Assembly (NCBI GenBank): GCA_045128835.1
Contig: JBGVRX010000029.1
Coordinates: forward strand, 51,583 to 115,582
DNA length: 64,000 bases
Direction: 5' to 3'
From: Bacilli bacterium
GTDB lineage: Bacteria > Bacillota_I > Bacilli_A > RFN20 > DUOF01
In this document: positions 20,280-27,854 of the stretch, piece by piece
How positions within the stretch are numbered: the stretch's first letter is position 1
Layout of the letters: every line of letters starts with the position of its first letter
The notes under the pieces: model-generated
Databases searched by the model: none
Seen by the model: the letters and a program-made list of their open reading frames with translations, nothing else
What the model was told of the DNA's origin: nothing
Made by a program: the position numbers and the translations under genes

Positions 20280-21215
20280 CTACATTTTAAATACTTTATT
20301 GTTATTCTTTATCTCATCAATTAATTTTAAAATAGCCTCGATTTCATCATAAAAAACATTAAATGCTTCCTCGATATTTGTGCCATCAATTCCCTCTAAT
20401 TCAAATAAATCTTTGTGAATTGCTCCAATATACATTCTATTATCTACTAAAGTTATTTTTGTCCCATTAAATCTTTTCTCTAGTGCTAAAAGATTTTCCA
20501 TCATTGTCGGAGTCAATATGTATCTAGATTCTATTTGATCATCACTAATAACCATAAACTTCTTGTTAAAAACAATATCCTCTAAAGTAACACCTTTTAA
20601 AGTTTTGCCACTTTTTTTATAATTTGAATCAATACACAAAATACATTTAAATTCAAAAGGAAATTCTACATAACCAAAAACACCTTTATATACCGTAACA
20701 GTTCTTGTATCTCCATCGCTATCTTCAACAGTTTTAGTAACATTTAAATCACATAAAGTTAGATCACATCCAGATTTACTTCCATCATCGTTAGGAATAC
20801 TAATAGTTAGTTTATCAGTACCATTATAATCTTCATAGTAGCCGCCAAATTGACTATCTTTAAATATTCTTTCACTTACTTTACCTTCAGGAATAAATGA
20901 ATATTCATAACCTTTAAGTAAATAGTCTAATATTAATCCCCTATAATTCTTTTTATAGTATCTTGCCGCAGATGTCGTATTTACAGTTCTAATCGCACCA
21001 ATAATAATAAATGTAATTCCCAAAACTGCAAAAAGAAAGGCTCCTGACCCTATCATAAATATTAAAAAAGTTAAGGTAAAAAGAACAACTCCTATTGTAA
21101 CTAAAGTTGAACTAGTACCTTTATAAGATTTAGTTAAATACTTTATTTCATGGCCTTTATTATCTTCTCCAACAAGTTCTTTAACGTATTGTTTATATTC
21201 CTCTTTACTTACCAT
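20280..21215 (-). CDS. LemA-associated membrane protein, possibly DUF3137-like. Paralog B.
   Basis: 311 aa, roughly 40-45% identical to 19330-20271 by eye. Identical N- and C-terminal peptides. Confidence 0.45.
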   Translation of the reverse strand: MVSKEEYKQYVKELVGEDNKGHEIKYLTKSYKGTSSTLVTIGVVLFTLTFLIFMIGSGAFLFAVLGITFIIIGAIRTVNTTSAARYYKKNYRGLILDYLLKGYEYSFIPEGKVSERIFKDSQFGGYYEDYNGTDKLTISIPNDDGSKSGCDLTLCDLNVTKTVEDSDGDTRTVTVYKGVFGYVEFPFEFKCILCIDSNYKKSGKTLKGVTLEDIVFNKKFMVISDDQIESRYILTPTMMENLLALEKRFNGTKITLVDNRMYIGAIHKDLFELEGIDGTNIEEAFNVFYDEIEAILKLIDEIKNNNKVFKM

Positions 21216-21225
21216 TTAAAATCAC

Positions 21226-21807
21226 CTATTCATCCATATTAATTTTAGAACTGAAATTTTCTCCTACATCTATTTTGAAAAGTTCCATTCTTTCAAAACC
21301 GAACATAGAAGCCATAATATTATTAGGGAATACTTCTATTAAAGTATTGTACTCATTAACATTACTATCATAAAATCTTCTAGAAGCTGCAATTTTGTCT
21401 TCTACTAAAATTAACTCTTCCATTAAACTCTTATATAAAGAATCAGCCTTCAATTCAGGATAATCTTCTGCAATTATTAAAACCTGTCTCATGTTAGGAA
21501 CAAGTTCATTAGCAAACTCTAACTTTTCCTTTTCATCTTCCGCATTAACGGCTTTTTTTCTTAATTCAATTAACTTAGAGAAAACTTCATTCTCATGTTT
21601 AGAATAAGCTTTTACAGTCTTTACTAAATTTGGAATTAAATCAAATCTTAATTTTAAATGTATATCAATCAATCTAAGACTTTCCTTAACTTTATTTCTA
21701 TATCTAACCATTTTGTTGTATTTAGAAATACTCACACAAATAGCAATAAATAAAACTACTAATAGAACAATTCCTCCTGCCATAGCAATACCTCCACTTC
21801 GTAACAA
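21226..21807 (-). CDS. lemA: LemA family protein.
   Basis: N-terminal TM helix followed by the conserved region ...KYNKMVRYRNKVKESLRLIDIHLKLRFDLIPNLV... typical of LemA. 193 aa. Confidence 0.7.
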   Translation of the reverse strand: MLRSGGIAMAGGIVLLVVLFIAICVSISKYNKMVRYRNKVKESLRLIDIHLKLRFDLIPNLVKTVKAYSKHENEVFSKLIELRKKAVNAEDEKEKLEFANELVPNMRQVLIIAEDYPELKADSLYKSLMEELILVEDKIAASRRFYDSNVNEYNTLIEVFPNNIMASMFGFERMELFKIDVGENFSSKINMDE

Positions 21808-21854
21808 ACTTATTCTAGCATTATGAATAAAAAATCACAATAAAAGAGAAGATG

Positions 21855-23012
21855 CTATTTCTCTTCTCTTTTAAAATATTCATTTATTTTTTCTGCTTTG
21901 TCTAATCTTTCATACGGTAAATCCATATTTTCTTTACCAAAATGTCCGCCTCTAGCAAGTTCTCTATAATTTAAGTTAAGTAAATCAAGTGACTTAATTA
22001 TATTACCCGGCTTAAAATTAAAGACTTTTTTAATCATATTACATAATTCCAAGTCACTTACTTTGCCAGTCCCATAAGTGAACACATTAAATGATACCGG
22101 TTCTGCTAATCCTATCGCATAACCAACTTGCACTTCACACTCTTTAGCGTATCCACTTGCTACTATATTTTTTGCTACATATCGAGCATAATAAGCAGCA
22201 CTCCTATCAACTTTAGTAGGATCTTTACCACTAAATGCTCCTCCACCATGTCTTCCTCTACCACCATATGTATCAACAATTATTTTTCTTCCTGTAAGTC
22301 CAAAGTCTCCTCTAGGACCTCCAATAACAAATCTTCCTGATGGATTAACAATTAATCTATAATTATCTTTAATTAAGTCATATTCTTTAAGAACTTCTTC
22401 AACAATGTCTTCTTTAATATATTTTCTAAAAGATTCTTCATCAAAATCATCACTATGTTGTATAGAAACTAAAACTGTATCAACTCTGTTTTTGTCCCCA
22501 TATTCAATACTAACTTGAGATTTCATGTCTGGTCTAGCATATTTAAATTCACCAGATTTTCTTTTTTCTGTTGCTTTTAATAATATTTTATTAGCAATCT
22601 CTAATGTTAGAGGCATATAATTTTTAGTTTCATCACACGCATAACCAAAAATAATCCCTTGATCTCCTGCCCCAATTTCTTCTTTATTTACAGCATTAAA
22701 AATATCACTAGATTGTTCTTTAATTAAAATTTCATACTCTGCATTCTCGCTATCAAAACCATCATCATAACTATTATAACCAATCTCTTTTAAAACATTT
22801 TTAGCAACACTAGCATAATCAACGCTGCCCTTCATTGTAATTTCTCCACCAATTACAACTTTTCTTTCTCCAATCATAACTTCACATGCAACATGCGCAT
22901 TTTTGTCTTGTCTTAAACATTCAGTTAAAATTGCATCACTAATTTGATCGCAAACCTTATCTGGATGCCCCTCACTAACTGCTTCAGACGTAAAAATTTT
23001 ACCTTTTTCCAT
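21855..23012 (-). CDS. metK: S-adenosylmethionine synthetase.
   Basis: [27 protein letters not shown]...[19 protein letters not shown] motifs. The start is trimmed to MEKGK, which has an AGAGGGA RBS. Confidence 0.9.
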   Translation of the reverse strand: [385 protein letters not shown]

Positions 23013-23032
23013 AATTCTTTCCCTCTTTCTAG

Positions 23033-23179
23033 AAAAATAAAACTCCCTTATTAAAAGGAAGTTCACTTCTAGTATAACTCCCTCTTATTGTTCATATCTC
23101 TATGCTTGGGTTAGCACCTTAAATTTTAGGTTGCTCTTACGTTTAACGGTCCCTATACCTACGTAAATCTTAATAAGAG
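23033..23179 (-). promoter_or_regulatory. SAM-I (S-box) riboswitch with a terminator expression platform, upstream of metK.
   Basis: Minus-strand RNA CUCUUAU...UAGGGACCG...GCAACC...AAGGUGCUAA...AUAAGAG, containing the P1 helix, AGGGA box, GCAACC and GGUGCUAA elements. Followed by hairpin ACUUCCUU-UUAAU-AAGGGAGU and UUUAUUUUU. Confidence 0.7.
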
Positions 23180-23391
23180 TTTCTATTTTCTAAATACATA
23201 CTACTATCATAATTATTTAATGTCAATGAGTTGCCTTTTGATTTCTCTATTTTCTTTCTCAAAAAAACTTTTTTATCAATTCCTGACATTTTCTCTACTA
23301 AATCCAAATCCATTCCCATCTCAAAAAATAAGTTTGCTAATTTTTCTTGTCTTGCTTGTCTTTCTTGCTCATTTATAGTCATTTGTCTCAC
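23170..23391 (-). CDS. Doubtful small ORF (73 aa). It overlaps the metK promoter and the riboswitch P1 helix.
   Basis: ORF-track only, with no recognisable family. Its 3' end contains the TTGACA -35 and the first P1 strand of the riboswitch. Confidence 0.2.
   Translation of the reverse strand: MRQMTINEQERQARQEKLANLFFEMGMDLDLVEKMSGIDKKVFLRKKIEKSKGNSLTLNNYDSSMYLENRNSY
23197..23225 (-). promoter_or_regulatory. Putative sigma-A promoter for the metK riboswitch transcript.
   Basis: Minus-strand TTGACA (23220-23225), a 17-nt spacer, then TAGTAT. Sits just upstream of the riboswitch 5' end. Confidence 0.35.
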
Positions 23392-23439
23392 CTACTTATA
23401 AGTATGATACAAAAATAAATTTGTAAACAAAAAAAGGAC

Positions 23440-23934
23440 TTATTTTTGTCCTTCTATCATTCTTTTTGGTAACTTTTGCAATGTAACACTAGCAATAAAA
23501 GCAGTTAACACACCACTAGCAACACTAGTTAACTCCAATATAACTAAATAGTTAATCATGTAAACACTATTATACAGTAACATAACCATTAAAACTTGTC
23601 CTAAAGCATGGAAAACCGCCCCAATAACAGACAATCCATAAATAGATGCCTTCTTAAACTTGTACACGATAAGAGTAAAAATAGTAGCTAATGCTGTACC
23701 ACTAAATCCAATAAAGAAAGCTGTGCCAAATCCCGTTCTTAGAAGTGCTACCATGAACACTTTTAAAATATTAAATAAAATATAATCTTTTTCATCATAT
23801 AAACACAAAACTACTAATCCAATACAATTCGCTAACCCAAGTTTTACTCCAGGTAAAGGCAATGGTAAAGGTACTAATGATTCTAAATAATTTATAATTA
23901 AAGCTACTGCTAAAAGAAGTGATATTTTTATCAT
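23440..23934 (-). CDS. Polytopic membrane protein, heptaprenyl-diphosphate-synthase-component-I-like (Gx transporter, EetB-like).
   Basis: Five or six TM helices. The N-terminus MIKISLLLAVALIINYLESLVPLPLP resembles PF07456-type proteins. The start is trimmed to the internal MIKIS. Confidence 0.4.
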   Translation of the reverse strand: MIKISLLLAVALIINYLESLVPLPLPLPGVKLGLANCIGLVVLCLYDEKDYILFNILKVFMVALLRTGFGTAFFIGFSGTALATIFTLIVYKFKKASIYGLSVIGAVFHALGQVLMVMLLYNSVYMINYLVILELTSVASGVLTAFIASVTLQKLPKRMIEGQK

Positions 23935-23959
23935 TTTATTTGTTCTACTATTCATAATA

Positions 23960-24358
23960 TCACATCTCCCAATCATTATCAGGAGTCGCTTGACCCATTA
24001 TCGTAATAATTACAGCATTTGGCAAACAAACTATTGGACGAGCAACACTATCTACCCAACCTTGCATAGAACAATAGTGAAGAGGAGATTCTTCTTTTTT
24101 AACTCTAACTTTTTTGTCTTTTATTTCTATTATCATCTCGCCTAATAAACTAGAATACTTATCAGGACTAAGGACAATCTCAGCATCTTCATTCATCTCC
24201 AATTTATATTTTTGTTTTCCTTCAATCGTTACAATAGCATATAAAACTTCACCTTTTGCCTTATTTGTAACGGCATTAGAAACAATGAATAAAACACAAA
24301 TAAGAATAAAGGAAATAATATAGACAATAATATCGTATTTATTATGCTTAAGCTCCAT
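23960..24358 (-). CDS. NusG domain II (DUF1312)-containing membrane protein, EetA-like.
   Basis: N-terminal TM helix followed by a beta-rich module ...AIVTIEGKQKYKLEMNEDAEIVLSP...EIKDKKVRV. Gene context is ApbE plus Rnf. Confidence 0.4.
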   Translation of the reverse strand: MELKHNKYDIIVYIISFILICVLFIVSNAVTNKAKGEVLYAIVTIEGKQKYKLEMNEDAEIVLSPDKYSSLLGEMIIEIKDKKVRVKKEESPLHYCSMQGWVDSVARPIVCLPNAVIITIMGQATPDNDWEM

Positions 24359-25574
24359 AATTAAATACCTCTAATTCAATATCATTAAATACTTGTAATA
24401 CTTGATCTTGCATAGTATCATTCACTAATAACTTAATACCATCATCTACCTTAACTTGTAACAATACATCTAAAGAAACATTGTTATTTTCCAACAATGT
24501 AAGATAAGTTTTAATCTCTTCAATGCTATTCATTGTCATAAGTGTTGTAGTTACAACATCCACCATCATAGCACTTTCTCCTATTACAGTAGCACCAACT
24601 AAATAAGTATTAGGATATCCACTAGTCGCATTAATAATGTGATGTCTTATAATACCATCACTATTTATATACCCTCTATGTTGAATACCTGAAGTAGATA
24701 TTGCATTATCACCTTCTAATTGAAGTTGTGCAGCTTGAGTAGATACAAAAGTATTACTATTCATACTATCATTAACTGCAATATTCCATACTCCACCATC
24801 TCTAGTAGGGTTATTTCCTCTAATTATAATACTAGATTGCCCAGCATCATAAATTGATGCACCTATATCTATAAATTCATCAATTTGTGACATTTTATCT
24901 AAGAAATAACTTTTAGCCATAGCACCTAATGTAATTGACGCTTGGCCAATACAACTGTTGAACGAATTAAAAGTAATTTTATTATTAACATCATCAATTA
25001 CAAGAATATTATCAATATCATTAACAGGAGCAACACACTTCATTGCTTCCTCTATTTCTTCACTTGTAGGATCAACATTTCTAATAGAAGTATCATAAGA
25101 AGTAAATCTTTCATCCCATACATCTACAATTGAACCAGATATAATATTAAATCTACCATTAGATAATTTAGTGTACTTTACGCCTTCTTTTAAAGCATCA
25201 ATAATTATCTCATCTACCTCAATAGAAGCACCACTACCATAACTATCATTAATAATTTTAATATTATTTATTAAATTACCCTTACTATCTTTGTAATAAT
25301 AGTTTCTATCCAATAAACTATGATACTTAAAAACTTCCTCATTTAATAAATCTTGTAATTCATTAACTTTTTGTTCGTTATATCCAACAAAACCAATATA
25401 AGTACCAAAAGGCTCAACTAATGTATAAGATGTGCCTTCTTTATTTAAATAGCCAATTATGTATGAAGAAAAAATAGATGTCTTAACTGGTTCTTCTTTT
25501 TTACACGAGCATCCACTAACTATACAAATTAATATAACTATTAAACTAAATATCTTCTTCATACATATCCTCAC
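24348..25574 (-). CDS. ApbE-family FAD:protein FMN transferase lipoprotein (FmnB-like).
   Basis: Lipoprotein signal MKKIFSLIVILICIVSGCSC. C-terminal GATVIGESAMMVDVVTTTLM resembles the ApbE ATViG..a..ADalsTal motif. Adjacent to the rnf operon. Confidence 0.5.
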   Translation of the reverse strand: MRICMKKIFSLIVILICIVSGCSCKKEEPVKTSIFSSYIIGYLNKEGTSYTLVEPFGTYIGFVGYNEQKVNELQDLLNEEVFKYHSLLDRNYYYKDSKGNLINNIKIINDSYGSGASIEVDEIIIDALKEGVKYTKLSNGRFNIISGSIVDVWDERFTSYDTSIRNVDPTSEEIEEAMKCVAPVNDIDNILVIDDVNNKITFNSFNSCIGQASITLGAMAKSYFLDKMSQIDEFIDIGASIYDAGQSSIIIRGNNPTRDGGVWNIAVNDSMNSNTFVSTQAAQLQLEGDNAISTSGIQHRGYINSDGIIRHHIINATSGYPNTYLVGATVIGESAMMVDVVTTTLMTMNSIEEIKTYLTLLENNNVSLDVLLQVKVDDGIKLLVNDTMQDQVLQVFNDIELEVFNYGA

Positions 25575-25577
25575 TAA

Positions 25578-25913
25578 CTACTTTAAATTTATTTCTTCAC
25601 CTTTATTATTTTTTATTGTTTTACAATATTCTTTTAAAACATCTGCATTAGCATCTGTAATAACTTTACATGCCTTTGCTTCATTAACTTCACCATCTAA
25701 AATTGCTTTTGCTAATGCTTCACAACCAACATATCCACACGCTCCACAATTATAACTAGGCAAAATAAACTCTATTTTACTAACTCTATCATCATCTTCA
25801 ACATGAAAGTATTTATTTGCAAGGGCTAATCCTACTCCTAAAACTACAGCAATAACAAGAATAACTCCTCCTGCAATTAATACATTAACAAAATCCATAT
25901 TATTCCTCCTCAC
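25578..25913 (-). CDS. rnfB: RnfB-like protein. Short form with an N-terminal TM helix and an Fe-S cluster domain only.
   Basis: MDFVNVLIAGGVILVIAVVLG...NCGACGYVGCEALAKAI matches the RnfB N-terminal Fe-S domain. No 4Fe-4S ferredoxin domains follow. Confidence 0.55.
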   Translation of the reverse strand: MRRNNMDFVNVLIAGGVILVIAVVLGVGLALANKYFHVEDDDRVSKIEFILPSYNCGACGYVGCEALAKAILDGEVNEAKACKVITDANADVLKEYCKTIKNNKGEEINLK

Positions 25914-26055
25914 TTCTATGAATGCACCCTAAAAAGTTACATCCATGACAAGTTTTTTTATCACATTTAACTTCAAATTTCTTATTTAATTTAAACATAG
26001 CTAAATATATTAAACTAAAAATCAAAACAACTACGACCGGTAACAAATATTTCAT
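25900..26055 (-). CDS. Small membrane protein (about 51 aa) with a CxxxxCxxCxxxxC motif, between rnfA and rnfB.
   Basis: MKYLLPVVVVLIFSLIYLAMFKL (TM) followed by CDKKTCHGCNFLGC. The start abuts the rnfA stop and the end overlaps the rnfB start. Confidence 0.3.
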   Translation of the reverse strand: MKYLLPVVVVLIFSLIYLAMFKLNKKFEVKCDKKTCHGCNFLGCIHRSEEE

Positions 26056-26057
26056 TA

Positions 26058-26633
26058 TTATACAATTCCTGCAAAACCAGTAAAGGCCAAAGCCATAAAT
26101 GCCGCACAAATTAAAGCAATTGGAACACCTTTAAATGCCTTAGGAACTGGTGCTTTGTCTAATTGCTCTCTTATCGCAGAGAAAATGAAGATAACCATTA
26201 AATAACCAATTGATATTGAAAGTGAATAAACACACATTTCTAAGAAATTATAACCAAATGATATGTTATTTAAAGTAACCCCTAAAACAATACAGTTTGT
26301 TGTTATTAATGGTAAATAAACTCCAAATTCTTCATATAAATGAGGGAAATACTTCTTTATCAATAATTCTGCAAATTGAACTAATGAAGCAATAACTAAA
26401 ATAAATACAACATTATTCATATAAGCTATTTCTAATGGTTCTAACACTAAATGATATAACCCATATGTCATAATAGATGACAAGAATACTACACAAATAA
26501 CAGCAATTCCCATTCCAAAAGCTTGAGATCTTTTTTTACTTACTCCAAGAAAAGGACAGATACCTAAGAATTGTCCTAAAACAACATTACTAACTAAAAT
26601 AGCACCTATCGCCAAACTAATATAACTAAGCAT
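26058..26633 (-). CDS. rnfA: Rnf electron transport complex subunit A.
   Basis: 191-aa polytopic membrane protein at the RnfA position in a C-D-G-E-A-B operon. Confidence 0.85.
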   Translation of the reverse strand: MLSYISLAIGAILVSNVVLGQFLGICPFLGVSKKRSQAFGMGIAVICVVFLSSIMTYGLYHLVLEPLEIAYMNNVVFILVIASLVQFAELLIKKYFPHLYEEFGVYLPLITTNCIVLGVTLNNISFGYNFLEMCVYSLSISIGYLMVIFIFSAIREQLDKAPVPKAFKGVPIALICAAFMALAFTGFAGIV

Positions 26634-27327
26634 TTTCCTTTTCCTCCTTTACAGTTTCTACAATTTGTTTTTCTTCTTTTTTCTTATTTGCAATTTTATC
26701 AGAAACAAAATTATATAATGCCATCAATAATCCTAAAACAAGAAATGCTCCCATTCCAGTAGAGAATAAAGAAATTTGAATTGTTGAGCTATATTCCTCT
26801 AATCCAATTAAATTCATTAAATTAAAGATTTCGTTATTGTTAAACAGATTGTGTAAAACAATGTTTCCTGTTCCTAAAAATTCTCTAATAAACGCTATAG
26901 AAATTAATGCAACAGCAAATCCTAATCCTGTAGCTATTGCATCTAGAAAACTCTTTAGAGGATCATTTTTACTAGCAAAAGCTTCTGCTCTACCAAGAAC
27001 AATACAGTTAACTGTAATAAGAGGTAAAAAGACACCTAAACCCTTATATAATTCATAAGTAAATGCTTCAGCTAACATTGTTACACAAGTAACAAATGTT
27101 GCAATAATTATTATGAAAATTGGAAGTCTTATTTCAGATGGTATTATTTTTCTTAGCAAAGAAACAACAACATTTGAAAAAATTAAAACGATTGTTACTG
27201 CAATTGACATACCTATAGCATTATCTATAGAAGTTGTAATTGCAAGAGCTGAACATAAACCCAGCATCAAAACTAGAACAGGATTTTTTGTAAGGATTCC
27301 TTCCTTAAAAATTGTACTATTTTTCAT
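26626..27327 (-). CDS. rnfE: Rnf electron transport complex subunit E.
   Basis: 233-aa polytopic membrane protein paralogous to RnfA, at the RnfE position. Confidence 0.85.
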   Translation of the reverse strand: MKNSTIFKEGILTKNPVLVLMLGLCSALAITTSIDNAIGMSIAVTIVLIFSNVVVSLLRKIIPSEIRLPIFIIIIATFVTCVTMLAEAFTYELYKGLGVFLPLITVNCIVLGRAEAFASKNDPLKSFLDAIATGLGFAVALISIAFIREFLGTGNIVLHNLFNNNEIFNLMNLIGLEEYSSTIQISLFSTGMGAFLVLGLLMALYNFVSDKIANKKKEEKQIVETVKEEKENA

Positions 27328-27854
27328 TATTTAACCCTCCCATAATGTGCAATTGCTGCATTTATTGCTGCAACAACATTATCTCCAGTATCAGATGCTC
27401 CAGTAACTACATCACTATCTGCTAAACTTGTCTTACCTTTTATTTTATTTAAATAACTGTTTGATGCATATAAGTTTGCATAACTATCACCTGCACTAGT
27501 AATTTTAAGAGTATATATCTTTCCATTTTGAAGAGCTACAATTGCAGCGCTATCATCACTACCAACACCATCTTTAATAGTTAATTTATAAACGTAATAT
27601 GTTTTACCTTCACTTTTAACCTCATAGGCATTGTTAACACCACTATCTAATTCAGCAGCATTTAAACTTGTGCTAATATTTTCTATTTTAGCATCTTCAC
27701 CAAACACTTCTAAAATAACAGCATTTTCTCTTTTGTTGGCATTTTTTTCAATAATTGGAGAAGTTACATTGTAAACAACTGCTAAAAGAAGACCTGCAAT
27801 AACAGCGATAATCCCTAAAATAAGAGGATATCTAATTAGCTTATTCTCTTTCAT
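27327..27854 (-). CDS. rnfG: Rnf electron transport complex subunit G (FMN-binding).
   Basis: N-terminal TM helix plus an FMN_bind-like domain with a VTGASDTG motif. 175 aa at the RnfG position. Confidence 0.7.
   Translation of the reverse strand: MKENKLIRYPLILGIIAVIAGLLLAVVYNVTSPIIEKNANKRENAVILEVFGEDAKIENISTSLNAAELDSGVNNAYEVKSEGKTYYVYKLTIKDGVGSDDSAAIVALQNGKIYTLKITSAGDSYANLYASNSYLNKIKGKTSLADSDVVTGASDTGDNVVAAINAAIAHYGRVK

Noticed and set aside
21844-21870. Hairpin AAGAGAAG...CTTCTCTT at the metK 3' end, as a terminator.
   Set aside because: One arm lies inside the metK coding sequence and the downstream U-tract is weak, with only four A's on the plus strand. A true terminator may lie further downstream, or the hairpin may be incidental.
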